Of a stretch of DNA of 64,000 nt, positions 51,319 through 64,000 are shown in pieces (the stretch's first letter is position 1; every line of letters starts with the position of its first letter). The stretch is taken from assembly GCA_951406725.2 (NCBI GenBank), contig OX597830.1:15686001-15750000 (forward strand). The letters run 5' to 3'. The notes beneath the pieces are model-generated. The model was not told the DNA's origin. It saw only the letters and a program-made list of their open reading frames with translations, and did no database searches. The translations under genes were made by a program, and so were the position numbers. Origin of the DNA: Octopus vulgaris (taxonomy: Eukaryota).

Positions 51319-52575
51319 TTCAACAGATTTGCTTGTCAGTTGCATGACTTTAACCACTTGAGCATATCCCTTAGTAGCTGACAATATGTGCATCTCTGAT
51401 CATGAGCAGGAGTGGTGGAAAGCATCGTAGGCATGTGTTGTGAAGGATTCTTTGGGGTTTGAATAAATGTAAGGAAAGCAAAGTTTGAAGGAAATATTAA
51501 CCGGTTTTTCATACTTTCTTGGGGTAAGCAAATAGGAAATAACAGTTGGTACCGAAGGACAAAAATCGTGTTACACAGTATAATCATACATTTTATTTGC
51601 GAGGGAAGCTTTAAAAAGAATTAACATAAATCTATGAACAGTAATACTTAATGTGTCTATGTAAACATTTTTCATTCTCTTCGTAAACTTTTATACAGTG
51701 AAAAAAACATTTTATTCTTGTCAAGTTCCCAACCCAAGTTTTGTATTGAGTATGGAATCTCATTTGGGTTATTGTATACCAATGATACTGTAACAAATGT
51801 AAATAAAGATGTTTGTTTTATAAATCTGACTTTATCATATTTTATTGAGACTGTTTTAAGAATTTCTTTATCCGTTTCTTCTTTCAAGTTATACTCTTCT
51901 TCATTCTTACCGCTTCATTTTTCTGGCTTCCCAAATTTCAATTTTAGAAGCATTTACATCAGTTTTCAACCCTTATAGCTTATAATTCTTACTTAAAAAC
52001 ATTCAATCCATTCAAGAAAATATATACTGGTTCATCTAATTTGGCAATTCTCATTAAAAAATTCTCCCTTTTGTATAACTAGATTTTGGTGCAAACTTCT
52101 CTGTCACAGAAATTAAATTAAATTAAAGCAAAAGTTATCCTCCAAAGTCTTATACTCCAACTATAGTAAACAATATTACACCATTTTAGTTAGAAACATC
52201 AACATTTTACTGATACAGAGCCTGATTTTTGTTATGAGACTCATATTAAAGATGTTTCCTCTTATAGCTGAGTCTATTGATAGCAGATAATATAATACCA
52301 ATTGTCATAATTTAGATCCCATGTCTACTGCTAGAACAAGAAACTGCAGAGAACTGACTCTTCTTGTCATGTTTTGTTTTAGTGTTAGACATAAAAGAAT
52401 CAAGTTGAAACCTCTTCCAGATGTTTCATTGTGTCTTTGGATACAGCACTTAATTCTTCCTCGTTTCTCTTCACTGGGTTGTTTGGGTTAACTAACAGTT
52501 CTCTTTCTGGTAATTTTACAAGACATATTTCTTATCTGTATCTAAAAGTGTAAGGAAAATAATTTTTTCCATTCA

Positions 52576-52932
52576 GGTTGAGTGGTAGGAAGTTTGCTTC
52601 CCAACCACATGATTCCAGGTTCAGTCCCATTGCATGGCATCTTGGGGCAAGTGTCTTCTACTCTAGTCTCAGGATGACCAAAACCTGGATTTGGTAGAAA
52701 AACTCAAAGAAGCCTGTTGTGTGTGTGTGTGTTTGTCACCCACCACCACTTGGCAACTGGTGTTGGTTTGTTTACATTCCATAACTTAGTGGTTCAGCAG
52801 AAGAGACCGATAGAATAAGTACCAGGCTTAAAAAAAAATACACACTGGGGTCAAGTTATTTGACTAAAATGTTTCAAGCCGTGCTCCAGCATGACCACAG
52901 TCTAATGACTGAAACAAACAAAAGACAAAAGA
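52576..52932 (+). mobile_element. SINE family A, diverged
   Basis: Head, core and tail match the other copies. Confidence 0.75.
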
Positions 52933-53091
52933 TTTAGAATTTTCTGTTCTATTTTCTTTATTTCCTTCTTGACTACAATACATAAACATAAATAGGATTC
53001 TACAGTTTCAATTTATTCACCAATTACTATGAAGCAAATTTGTATAAAATTAATTGAATGGAGCAATTAAGCTGATACTTACTTTGTCATT

Positions 53092-53412
53092 CATCATCAT
53101 CATCATCGTTTAGCATCCGCTTTCCATGCTAGCATGGGTTGGACGGGTCAACTGGGGTCTGTGAAGCTGGAAGGCTTCGTCAGGCCCAGTCAGATCTGGC
53201 AGTGTTTCTACGGCTGGATGCCCTTCCTAACGCCAACCACTCCGCGAGTGTAGTGGGTGTTTTTTACGTGCCACCTGCACAGGTGCCAGACAGAGCTGGC
53301 GAACGGCCACGAACGGATGGTGCTTTTACGTGTCACCGGCACGGGGCCAGGCGATGCTGGCAACGGACACGAACGGATGGTGCTTTTACGTGCCACCGAC
53401 ACGGGGCCAGAC
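53092..53412 (-). mobile_element. SINE family C with ~60-nt tandem subrepeats
   Basis: (CAT)n, then ccgctttccatgctagcatgggttgg; repeats of ggtgcttttacgtg.caccg.cacggggccag. Confidence 0.7.
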
Positions 53413-53499
53413 ATTAACCATAAAACCAGAGCTAATTGCTTGTTATCATTAGTCCCCCTTTGTGGGGTTTCTTGAAGATATTTTTGTTATGGTACCTCT

Positions 53500-53726
53500 T
53501 TAACCCTTTCATTACTGTATTTATTTTGAGATGCTCTGAATTTCTTTCAATTACTTTAAATGTATCAAAGAATTTAGTAAAATAACTTAGTTATCATTCA
53601 GCTAGTGTTAGGAACATGAATTGTGACTAAGGTTTGGTGGAGATTTTAATTCAAAACTTATGAAAACAAGACATTTGTACTCAAAACCAGAGCCAGTTTC
53701 AGCCAGGTTGGTAACAAAAGGGTTAA
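53500..53726. mobile_element. piggyBac-like MITE family 1
   Basis: TTAA|CCC...GGG|TTAA. Confidence 0.85.
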
Positions 53727-54832
53727 TGTAGAAATGATTGGCTTAATGGATATAATATTGGATCACCTGTTAATTAATTTTGAATTCAATCCTAAAGGTA
53801 GTTTGTTAAGTGTTTTTTCTGGGGCTACGTACATCTCTTATCACCTCACTGCTAAGAATAAGTAACAGATCACGTAGAAATATTGCTCAAGAGATCTGTA
53901 TCCTATCCTAGAAGAGATTTACTCTCGTCTGTTTAATACAAGTTCTGAAACTGTGAGCTTTTGGTTTGTTTGTTGTTGTTTTTGTTTTGTTTTGTCTTGT
54001 TTATGTTTTTATTTTTTACTTGTAGTAATTTTTTCAAGCATATAGATATGTTTTAGTGTATTCTCGTCATAAAGGTCAAAATGTCTTTTCTGAAAGGTAT
54101 TTATATATTTTCGCCTAAATAATTAAAACTTAAGTCTATATACATAGAAAATTATTAATTTCATTATTATTTCTTTACCAAATAAATGAAACAACGTTAT
54201 CAAGACTGTATGGTTAGAATTCTCATTTGTATTAATTACATTTTATTTTTAAATTATAGTTTTATTAATTTTTATGTAGCTCTTAACTACATTTCCTCAA
54301 ATACACTGTGGTGCTGTGGAGTACCCCTTGGAATTCCATGAGACTGAAACTAAACATTGCTCCTTAGAAGTCCTCTGTGCTCTAGGAATCATTACATTGA
54401 CTCTCTGTGCTCCAGGAATCATTACATTGACCATCTCTTTGCCATCTCTCTTTGTCCTCTTTTTAAAAGGTTTTATTAAATGTCATGTTGGATCTTTTGG
54501 AAACAATCTTATTACACCAGCCGTGACCAACATAGAATAAATTAAATGTCCATCTCATAATTATGAACAAAATGTGATTTCTCTTAATAACTCTATCACT
54601 TTGAATTCTCTCAAGACAACTGTCTGTTGATGTTGTTGTTGTTGTGTCTTTTTGATAAAATATAAGCAGAAAGGCTGCATATTTTAAGAGCTAGAATACT
54701 CGCTGTATTGTTCCTGCTTTCCATAAAAGTATAATTGAATGAAGGTTGCTTTCAATGAAGGCTTGAATTCAAATATTATCAACTTGACAAATCAGTATAT
54801 TCCACAGTTTCTGGAAATAATTATAAATCATT

Positions 54833-55152
54833 GGAGATGTACTTGCATAGCAAGTGACTTGATCTGAGATTGTGTGCTGGAACGAAAACAATTGCAGCGT
54901 GGAGGGTGTTTATAAGCCATTTAAGAAACACACAAAACCATTAGATTCACTTCAGCATTTAAATTTAATTTGTCAAAATATTTTCGTCGCTTTGAGACCG
55001 CGACCTGTTCACTGCCAAAACTTCGTGCTGGACAGATTGCGGTCTCAAAGTGACGAAAATATTTTGACAAATCAAATTTAAATGTTGAAGTGAATCTAAC
55101 GGTTTTTGTGTGTTTCTTAAATGGCTTATAAACACCTTCCACGCTGCAATTG
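54833..55152 (-). mobile_element. Long inverted-repeat element with variant hammerhead (Penelope-like non-autonomous)
   Basis: 12-bp TSD ttataaatcatt (54821-54832, 55153-55164); ~120-bp IR arms 54887-55009 / 55030-55154; hammerhead-like motif 54969-55019 on the - strand. Confidence 0.75.
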
Positions 55153-55437
55153 TTATAAATCATTATTATTTTCATTTACCTGTTACTTATTACTCTTTAT
55201 TAATTTATCTATTCTTTCAATTAACCCTTTTGTTACCATATATCTGTTGGCATATAATGCTTTTGTTTTAAATAATTTTCAAGATAATAAAAAATTTAGT
55301 AAAATAACTTTCTCATTATGAAGCTAGTATCTGGGAAAAATTAATTTTATAAGTAAAACTAAAGGGTGAGAACCCACAACCTCATGGTTACAAAGCAAAC
55401 TTCTTAACCACCTAGCTATAATCTGCACATGTGTGTC

Positions 55438-55489
<52 letters not shown>

Positions 55490-58062
55490 AGCTTGATCAT
55501 ATACACCTATCTTAACGTTATATGCAATAAGTTTAGTTGTGTTATATAGAATCAGAAGGTGATACAAAAGAGTTAAGTATACCATATTGTCCTAAGTCTG
55601 TACATACTCAAAATTCTTTGAGTAATAATGCTTTATAGTGGTATTTCTCTTAACATCTATTTTATTATATCCTCCGTAAATTTTTTTTATTGAGATGCTG
55701 GTATTAAAGTAATCAGGTTTAGAATATTTCTAAAGCTTATTATAGATTTTATAAGGAAGTAACAAAATGGGTTTTATTCTGCAATATTTACTGATTTCAG
55801 TCAGCACTATATTTATTTATATATTTATTTATTTCACATTTTAACTTTTGTAAATTACTTTAAGAACTTTAATATATTTATAAGAAGAAATTGTTCAGAA
55901 TATATAAAATTTTGGAAAAACCTAAAACAATTTCCCTTATTTGTTTGAAAAAGAATTTGCCTTTAATTCAAAGTTGATACCTTAGGCAAAACTCGAGTTT
56001 AAAATGCCAAGGAGAAATTGTGAATAGAATTGTAGTTTTTTCTGCAGTTTCTCTCCTCATAGTATACAACTTAGCGATCTCATAAGATTAGATTTAAATA
56101 AGAAGTGGGTGAGAATTCATGCGAATTGAAATAGATGTTGTAGGATTGATTGCAAAGTCTCTGTTTCCAGTATATCACAATTCCATGTTGTAAAAGCTAT
56201 TATATTTTTATTAGTTCGTCAGGTATGATTATTTACAAACCCAACAATTGATGTTTGTGGTAAAAGAGAAAGAATTATAAGAAGTTCTAGCAGAATATAT
56301 GTTGGTCATTGTTAGTTTAAACATTTCATTGACAGGATACAGTGTAGGGTTGTTTGAAAATGATTAACAGCAATTATTGAAGACTTTAAAAGAATAAATT
56401 TGTTTATTACCTACTTAATTGTCTATGTGCTTTTAACCTGGGAGAGAAATGATGAACAATATAAAGCAATGAATAGCTGCTGAGATTTCATTTCATTCTT
56501 AATGCAATTTTAGAAATATGGGGAGGCTTTCAACCCTGTTTTGGTTCACAGTGGCTCTGTTTGAAAATAACAATAAGAGAACAAATGAGTTACTGAACAG
56601 TTCTAAGAAACCAATTTTTGGTGATTTTAGCAAAGAAAAGTTCTTTGTATACACTCGGAATATTTTGAAAGCCAATTTCTTTTGAACATAAATTCTTTCT
56701 TTAAAAATTAAATAAATGAAAGTAAAAGGTCTTTTAGTATATTGTTAGCAACGACTTCATGTAATGTAATATTTTACTGCTAAATAGATTCCCTTGTTTT
56801 ACATATTTCTTTTCTAATTAAATTTGAATGGCCAAATTACTTTGGTGTTGGAATCCCTAACACTGAAGAATCTCAGAATAAATAAAAAAAACTGTACATG
56901 GAAATTATTCATATATGCAAATAATGGTTTCTTTTGTCTAAGTGCATGGTTCTTTTTCTTTTCTTCTTCTTTTGGAAATGCATTGATGTAAATTTAGTTA
57001 TTGAAATTAATGAAAGTATATGACTGGCAAATATTTTATTTATTGTCCACCAGAGAAGCTAACAAGTTAACTCTAGTTCTAGTGCTGTTGTAATTCAAAT
57101 CAATATTTAATTTTACCATAATAAGAAAACCTATCCTTTATTACACTATTGTAGATGTAAATAATATTTTGTGACCACCTTTATATCTTGGGTGGGGTCT
57201 TGTAACTCACTAATTCATAAATGTACAGCATTGCAATGAAACTTTCGTTCAATTTACAGTACTCCCACTGCTTCCAGCTGAGAGTTACATAAAAATCTGA
57301 GCCATGAATACTATTCAAAATGTTTTTTTCTGAAAGAATACAAACTCACTTTGTTTTAGGCTGGTTGTCAGTTACTTTATTAACTCTTCTATCCTCACAC
57401 TCCACATTCGTTCAGTTGTGAATTAAACTTGTCCAAAATTGAACTAATTAGGGAACCATTACATGGTTAATCAATCAACTAAAAGTAATAGCTAAATCTC
57501 CTGCAAATGACACCCTATTGGGGTTTTTTTTCTCTTTTCTTCTTTTTTTCGTTGTAGTTTTTAATGAAAAGGATACAGTGGTTGATATAGTTGTACACAC
57601 ACAATCTTTAAAAATTCTAAGGTTCATGGGTTAGACTGCCAGCAACAATAGTTATGTAAAATCTTGGATCTTTGAGTTTGTTCCACTGTAGAATTCAGCC
57701 AGTGTTTGACATAATGTTTCTCCATTAATTTTAGCTTTGTATAAATGAAGAAATCCAAGAATTACTTATAACACTCATACTGAAAGTGATTTTTCTCTGC
57801 CCTTTTTTTTCTTCTTTTTCCTTGTTTATTTTTCACAAGTGGCCATTTGCAATATTTGTGTGTGTGTGTGTGTGTGTGTGTTGTGGAGTGACTGACTGAG
57901 AAGCTGCTGGAAGCAGTTTCCATCACAGTGGTGGTAGCAATAATCTCAATGAATATAAACAAACAGCATGCTCCTGCATGGCCACAGCCTTTTGTCTGAA
58001 ACAAAAGAATAAACAGTTCTTCAAATTACTTGAAATGGAATGGAAAAAAATGAAAAAACTGT

Positions 58063-58738
58063 TTAACCCTTTCATTACTGTATTTATTTTGAGATGCTCT
58101 GCGTTTCTTTCAATTACTTTAAATATAACAAAGAATTTAGTGAAATAACTTAGTTATCATTCAGCTAGTGTTAGGAACATAAATTGTGACTAAGGTTTGG
58201 TGGAAAACAAGACATTTGTACTCAGAGCCAGAGCTGGTTTCAGCCAGGTTGGTATCAAAAGGGTTAGGGATTGTTTCTCTGTTATATATCTTAACCCTTT
58301 TGTTACCATATTTATTTTGAGATGCTCTGTGTTTCTTTCAATTATTTTAAATATAACAAAGAATTTAGTAAAATAACTTAGTTATCATTAAGCTAGTGTT
58401 AGGAACATAAAAGGTTTGGTGGAAAACAAGACATTTGTACTCAGAGCCAGAGCTGGTTTCAGCCAGGTTGGTATCAAAAGGGTTAGGGATTGTTTCTCTG
58501 TTATATATTTTAACCCTTTTGTTACCATATTTATTTTGAGATGCTCTGTGTTTCTTTCAATTATTTTAAATATAACAAAGAATTTAGTAAAATAACTTAG
58601 TTATCATTCAGCTAATGTTAGGAACATAAATTGTGACTAAGGTTTGGTGGAAGATTTTAATTAAAAACTTATGAAAACAAGACATTTGTACTCAGAGCCC
58701 AGAGCCGGTTTCAGCCGGGTTGGTAACGAAAGGGTTAA
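58063..58738. mobile_element. Tandem trimer of piggyBac-like MITE family 1
   Basis: Units 58067-58263, 58295-58482 and 58514-58734, separated by the same spacer. Confidence 0.85.
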
Positions 58739-59922
58739 GAAAAGAAACACAAACAGCTTACAGTTGTAAAGTGGAAAGGCACGTGATATTGCTGGAAACA
58801 TAAAATTTGAATATATATAAAAAAAAACCGGTGATAACAGCAACATCACTATTCCATCTTTTGTAAATATTATGGTCAAAACAGACAAATTGAAATAAGG
58901 AGAGTGGACAAGGAATGTCACGAAAATGGTTCTGCCTTGCTAAATGAATCTATTCGGGAAAGAGTAAGGAGGAATAGGGTCCACCTCAGCTTTACAAATG
59001 ACAGAGGAAGGCTTCCGTGTCCCCTTAAAGTTGGAAATGGAGGAAGCTCTAGAGGAGTCCCTAGTTCATGAGTCCTGCAATGCATGGTCCACTTCCTGGG
59101 ACAAGGCATATAGTAGCATGTACTTTGTTCTTTAACCTTTGTGACATTCTGATTCCCCTGTCAAATGTTACTCATATTTATTCTCATTGTTTTGAATTGT
59201 CTTTGAGATTTCAATGATGTGATTTGTTTAGTTTTGGAATGACATTGTCAGGTAGGAGTAAAAGGCTAGATGTGACCAGTTTTAACTTGGAACAAGTAGA
59301 ATGTCTGGGCCAGATATGGCTCGATTTGAATGCTAAATGGTTTAAGACCAAGAATCCGGCTGGGAGATAAGTTGAACTGGAGTTCCACATGTGTGGCCAC
59401 AGATTGATACTGCATGAGTCTCAGGAATTCTAAAAATATGGCCAGAGGCATTGGCTTGGGTACTGACCTTTGACTGTTGTCATCTTTGTTCAAAAGTGCA
59501 GACATGTGGCGAATGTGGCAGTGACCCACAACAACATGTCGTGTGGAGTTTACATGGCTGTACTGGAGCTGTACACATTTGTGGGTGCCGAGAGGTCAAT
59601 CGGGCTGCACAGTTACTACACATGTAGTAGTAAAGGCTAATTATACGCTTTAAGGTAGTGAAAAAGAAAAGTGGGGAGAAAGCAGTAACAGAGGCAGTAG
59701 GTCCAAACAATAGCAGACCCCCACCACCACCACCATCTTCCTGGTGAAGAACATGGTTACTACCACCAGGTCACAGATCTGTGTAAACCCAAGAGTGAAA
59801 ACAAACGTAGTACTTCATGCTCAATACCACCAGCACGGGGATCTGCCAATGACTGAAACCCCTGGAAACTCCTTCCCCCAGCACAGAATTGCCTACAGGT
59901 GCTCAGATCTAATTTTAATTCG

Positions 59923-60134
59923 TTAACCCTTTAGTGTTTAAACCGGCCATATCCGGCCCAAATATTCTATGTTTTATATTCAAACTGGCCATATCTAGCC
60001 CCTCACACCTAACCTACAGTGACATTTTAAAAATAAACAATCATATCATTGAAACCCAAAGCTATAAGATAATGCTTGATTAATTCAAAATAATTTGAGT
60101 AAAAAAATATTACATTTAACAGAGTAAGGGTTAA
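59923..60134. mobile_element. piggyBac-like MITE family 2
   Basis: TTAA|CCCTTTAG...AAGGG|TTAA. Confidence 0.75.
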
Positions 60135-60296
60135 GCATTTTCTCTGGTTTATTATACACCACACCTTGAGATACTATTACCCATGGAGTTATGTCTATTT
60201 TCCTATTTTAATTATTTAGCTAATATATTAGAAAACTCACCACCTAGTTATTTTTATCTCTCTAATTTTAGTTCGCTGTTTATCTCATGTAAGGAC

Positions 60297-60482
60297 TTGG
60301 ATATTCTATCACTATTGCAATTATATCTACCTTTCTATATTACTTAAATATTCACCTGTTATATTAATCACCACTTTAATTAACCAGTTTTGGATATTCT
60401 ATCACTATTGCAATTATATCTACCTTTCTATATTACTTAAATATTCACCTGTTATATTAATGACCACTTTAATTAACCAGTT
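60297..60482. repeat. Near-perfect tandem duplication of ~93 bp
   Basis: ttggatattctatcactattgc...ttaaccagtt occurs twice. Confidence 0.9.
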
Positions 60483-61231
60483 ATTTAAGATATTTGGTAT
60501 TAAATGTATCATAATCACTGACCATACATTTACAATCTATAACTGTTCATATCTGATTACCTTTTAGTATTTCCATATATTACAATATCAGTTATTTCAC
60601 ATTTCCTTGAACTCTTGTCCACTAAAATATTGGGTCTCCGACTTTCTAGATTATGATTTCATTGCTGTCAAATCCCAAGGGACTTAAGTTGTTCTGACCC
60701 AAGTGGGAGACCGGTGTTCATATCACTTCTCTATTCTTTCCACACAATTCCCAGTGGATGATCCTGGAGTCAGTGAGATTAAAGTATCAGCTACACTTTA
60801 GAGTTGATTCAACCTACTAACTCCTCCAAATTTCAGTCCTCGCAACTAATTTAGGAACAATTGTCATTATCCATCAAATTAAACAATTATGTTTCACTCC
60901 ATCAATCAAGCGTAGGCAAATTGTAACGATCAATGCTTTTATGGCTGACCTATAAATAACAATATGTTTGTCACTACACTGACTGCGTGACTCAATGCCT
61001 TGCTTAAATCCTCATACATTTCAAAACTACATTCCATGTATCAAAAGCATTAACACTCAAGATGTTTGTCTGTGTGTATTATTTACACAGTGTGAGATTG
61101 TCTGTAACATTGCTAGTTCATTAACACTGTGCCAGTAATTGCTCATTTGTAGAGTGGTAGTATGACAATGTTCTTTATTATTCTCAGAATTAATACCACG
61201 GATGAATGTTTTTCTAACAGTAGCTCTAGTC

Positions 61232-61497
61232 CAGTGGTTCTCAACCATTTTTTTTTTTACAGATGTATCCCTTTGATTCCTATTTTATTTTACAGGACCC
61301 TAATAAGTATTTGATGTTTTAAAAATATCCCGTTATATTTTCATAATCAAATATTGCTAGGAATTGTATAAAAAATAATTGGTAAAATATTTTGTGTATT
61401 TCAGAAGTATAATCAATTTAGTGCACATAAACTTTTGACAACAAAATCTTATGTGGACATCCCCAAGGGTCAGATGGACCCCAGTTGAGAACCACTG
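61232..61497. mobile_element. hAT (Charlie-like) MITE
   Basis: TIR cagtggttctcaac / gttgagaaccactg; perfect 8-bp TSD ctctagtc (61224-61231, 61498-61505). Confidence 0.9.
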
Positions 61498-61643
61498 CTC
61501 TAGTCATACCTTTTCTTTTTGTCTTATTACGTCTGCATCATTGCTGGGTGCAAGTTTTTTTACCTGAGTTTACATTCACCTTTTTTAATTCAACCTTTGA
61601 AATTGTTAACTGCATGTTCAAAATGACTTCTCTTCATTTTCAG

Positions 61644-61758
61644 AGCATCATCTGATGGTTTATCTATAAAGCGATCTAAGTTTGATCCAGCTTTGACTCG
61701 ACAGTTTGAAACAAATTCAAAATTTGTCAATGCTGAACTAGAAAAACTTCAGCGAGAG
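61644..61758 (+). CDS. NAB: NAB homologue, exon downstream of NCD2
   Basis: Acceptor ttctcttcattttcag| and donor gag|gtttgt. Phase-2 start matches the end of exon 34688-34821. Translates (R)ASSDGLSIKRSKFDPALTRQFETNSKFVNAELEKLQRE, with a basic KRSK patch and a helical tail. Confidence 0.75.
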
Positions 61759-62486
61759 GTTTGTGAATGTTTTGTTTTTTTTCAATATATATATATACAT
61801 ATATACATATATATATAAATACATATATATATTTGGTTAATCAGTCAAATTTCAACTATGATTTTGAAATATGTTAAAGTTATGAAGAAGTATATCACCT
61901 GTATTTTGGAGCAGATCAACCAGAAATATTGGTCTTATAAAACCGTGTCATATGTACCCAAGTAAACGGTATAATAAGCTTTACCATTTTACTTCAAACT
62001 GAAATTGTGTGTAAAGCTTTGCAAACCATAATCCCCTTCATTTTCGGGTCCATTCTGGCAATGATGAAAGTGAAAGTGAAACTACAAGAACTGCAATGTT
62101 ACATGCTTACACCTATAACTTGAGCAAAAACAGTAGAGGGACTAGTGTTTTGCAAATAGATATAGCTGGGTTGATATAATGTTTGCTCTAAATATTAGCA
62201 CAAATCTATGACTGTCCATGAGAGGTGTTTGGTTATATTAGTATGTTGGTATCACTAGTGTTTTAACCTTGAGGACTCATCCTTATTTACTTCAGTTTCT
62301 GGTAATCCTTACAAATAATAGGCTTCATCCTCATTAATATTTTGTACCCTTCCTTCTGCAGTTATTGCGCTAATGAGAATGATGTGAACTTGTGATTATT
62401 CTCAACTTGGTTTTAAAAAATGAAACTCCAATATGGAGGAACAAAGTGGCAACCCTAGTTTTGTTACAAATTGGGGTGGGAGTTCT

Positions 62487-62735
62487 CTATTTTTAACTTG
62501 TTTTAGTCATTAGACTGAGGCCATGCTGGGGCACTGCCTTGAGGAATTTTTAGTTGTATGAATCAACCCCAGGACTTTTATTTTTAAGTCTGGTCCTTAT
62601 TCTTTCTCTTTCGCTAAACTGCTAAGTTAAAGGGATGTAAACATACCAACACCAGTTGTCAAGTGGTGGTAGGGGACAAACAAGCACACACACATGTGTA
62701 TGTGTGTGTGAATGCATATATGTATGTGTGTGTAT

Positions 62736-62783
<48 letters not shown>

Positions 62784-62895
62784 CTTTACACAACTGGCTT
62801 CATTCAGTTTCCATCTACCAAATCCACACACAAGGCTTTGATCTACCAGAGGGTATTATAGAAGGCACTTACCCAAGCTGCCACCCAGTGGGACT
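62487..62895 (-). mobile_element. SINE family A, diverged
   Basis: Reverse copy with internal (CA)n. Confidence 0.7.
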
Positions 62896-63419
62896 TTTTA
62901 CCATACAGTCTTAAAATAGTTTAGAATAATTCCATTAAGCCAATATCTTATTAGTCAGTTAAAACATTGTTTAGAATGGTTTTGGAATAAAAGAAAAAGA
63001 AGTTAAAAATCTTCCATAATTTCTAGGAAAATTTTTTCCCGTTTTCACCTAAACCAAATTTCAATCTTCACCTTCACATGACCACCTCAACATTAAATCA
63101 CCTGAAATTAAGTTTACCTACAAATGTGCATGTATGCATGCAACATGCATACATGCATGCATTCATGTGTGTGTATTGTCACTATCAAGGTGAATTAATA
63201 AAACACCTGTAATGACTCAAACTAATTGCTTTTGTGTTTTATAGAAATGAGTAATTTTTTTCTTGGTTTAAGGAACTGACTTCCAATGAAAATTCTAAGG
63301 AATTGGATTTCTCTTTCCATTTCCACAAACGTTTCAATCTTTGTGAAGTAATTTTATTTGAGCACCATAGAGGCATTAGAAATGGCAGCCAAATTACTCT
63401 CATATCTCTCTCCAAGATC

Positions 63420-63648
63420 TTAACCCTTTAGTACACAGATTACTCTGTCAAATATAATATTTATTTATTTATATTGTTTTGAAGTAATCATGCATTATCT
63501 TGTAGTTTGGGGATTTCAGTGAGGTGACCGTTTAGTTATAGAATGATAGTGAAGGGTTGAGGCGATAGGCCAGATCTGGTCAGTTTCAGCATAAAACAAG
63601 GCTAAATATTTTGGCCAGATGTGGCCAGTTTGAATGCAAAAGGGTTAA
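63420..63648. mobile_element. piggyBac-like MITE family 2
   Basis: TTAA|CCCTTTAG...CAAAAGGG|TTAA. Confidence 0.75.
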
Positions 63649-63791
63649 AAAAAGGGAAAGACAATAAATAAGTCCTAAATATATATATATAAAAAAAAAA
63701 GTCAAGGTGATTACAGCTTTTGATCATGGGTCTACTCAATTAGTGCTGGCCTGGGTCTAAACAACAACCAGTTTTACTTTGCACATAAATG

Positions 63792-63839
63792 CAGCAGTAG
63801 TAGTAGTAGTAGTAGCGGCAACAGCTGTAGTGGTGGTGA

Positions 63840-63883
<44 letters not shown>

Positions 63884-63897
63884 ACAGCAGCAGCAGC

Positions 63898-63933
<36 letters not shown>

Positions 63934-63945
63934 AGCAGCAGCAGC

Positions 63946-63980
<35 letters not shown>

Positions 63981-64000
63981 TAGCAGCAGTAGTAGTAGTA
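63792..64000. repeat. (AGT)n/(AGC)n/(GGT)n microsatellite running off the window end
   Basis: Direct reading. Confidence 0.95.

Noticed and set aside
51672-51887. 71-aa minus ORF MKEETDKEILK..
   Set aside because: Might be a decayed retroelement fragment, but I recognise no motif and see no splice signals.
58063-58738. CRISPR-like repeat-spacer appearance
   Set aside because: Units are ~200-bp TTAA-flanked MITEs with near-identical spacers in eukaryotic DNA; no cas genes.

Overview
AT-rich, repeat-dense eukaryotic DNA. The tRNA-derived SINE families and very long (TA)n/(TAT)n tracts point to a coleoid cephalopod, probably Octopus (inferred). The window is the interior of one large + strand gene, a NAB (NGFI-A-binding protein, EGR co-repressor) homologue. 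Three exons encoding the NCD2 region (20873-21082, 23941-24060, 34688-34821) and a phase-compatible downstream exon (61644-61758) splice into one frame, and there is a candidate 51-nt cassette exon (44627-44677). The introns hold several SINE families, RTE-type LINE fragments, piggyBac-like and hAT MITEs, a non-autonomous Helitron and a heavily decayed Ty3/Gypsy gag-pol relic (about 37120-39560, - strand). The most unusual signal is seven minimal type-I hammerhead-ribozyme-like motifs in short non-coding inserts. Four of these inserts have internal inverted repeats and 12-13 bp target-site duplications, as expected for non-autonomous Penelope-like derivatives. One motif has a compensatory G3:C8 core swap and one is fused to a head-to-head tRNA-like palindrome. 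A separate LINE-like 3' fragment is flanked by an apparent ~128 bp target duplication. Almost all ORFs in the supplied track are microsatellite or SINE artefacts.
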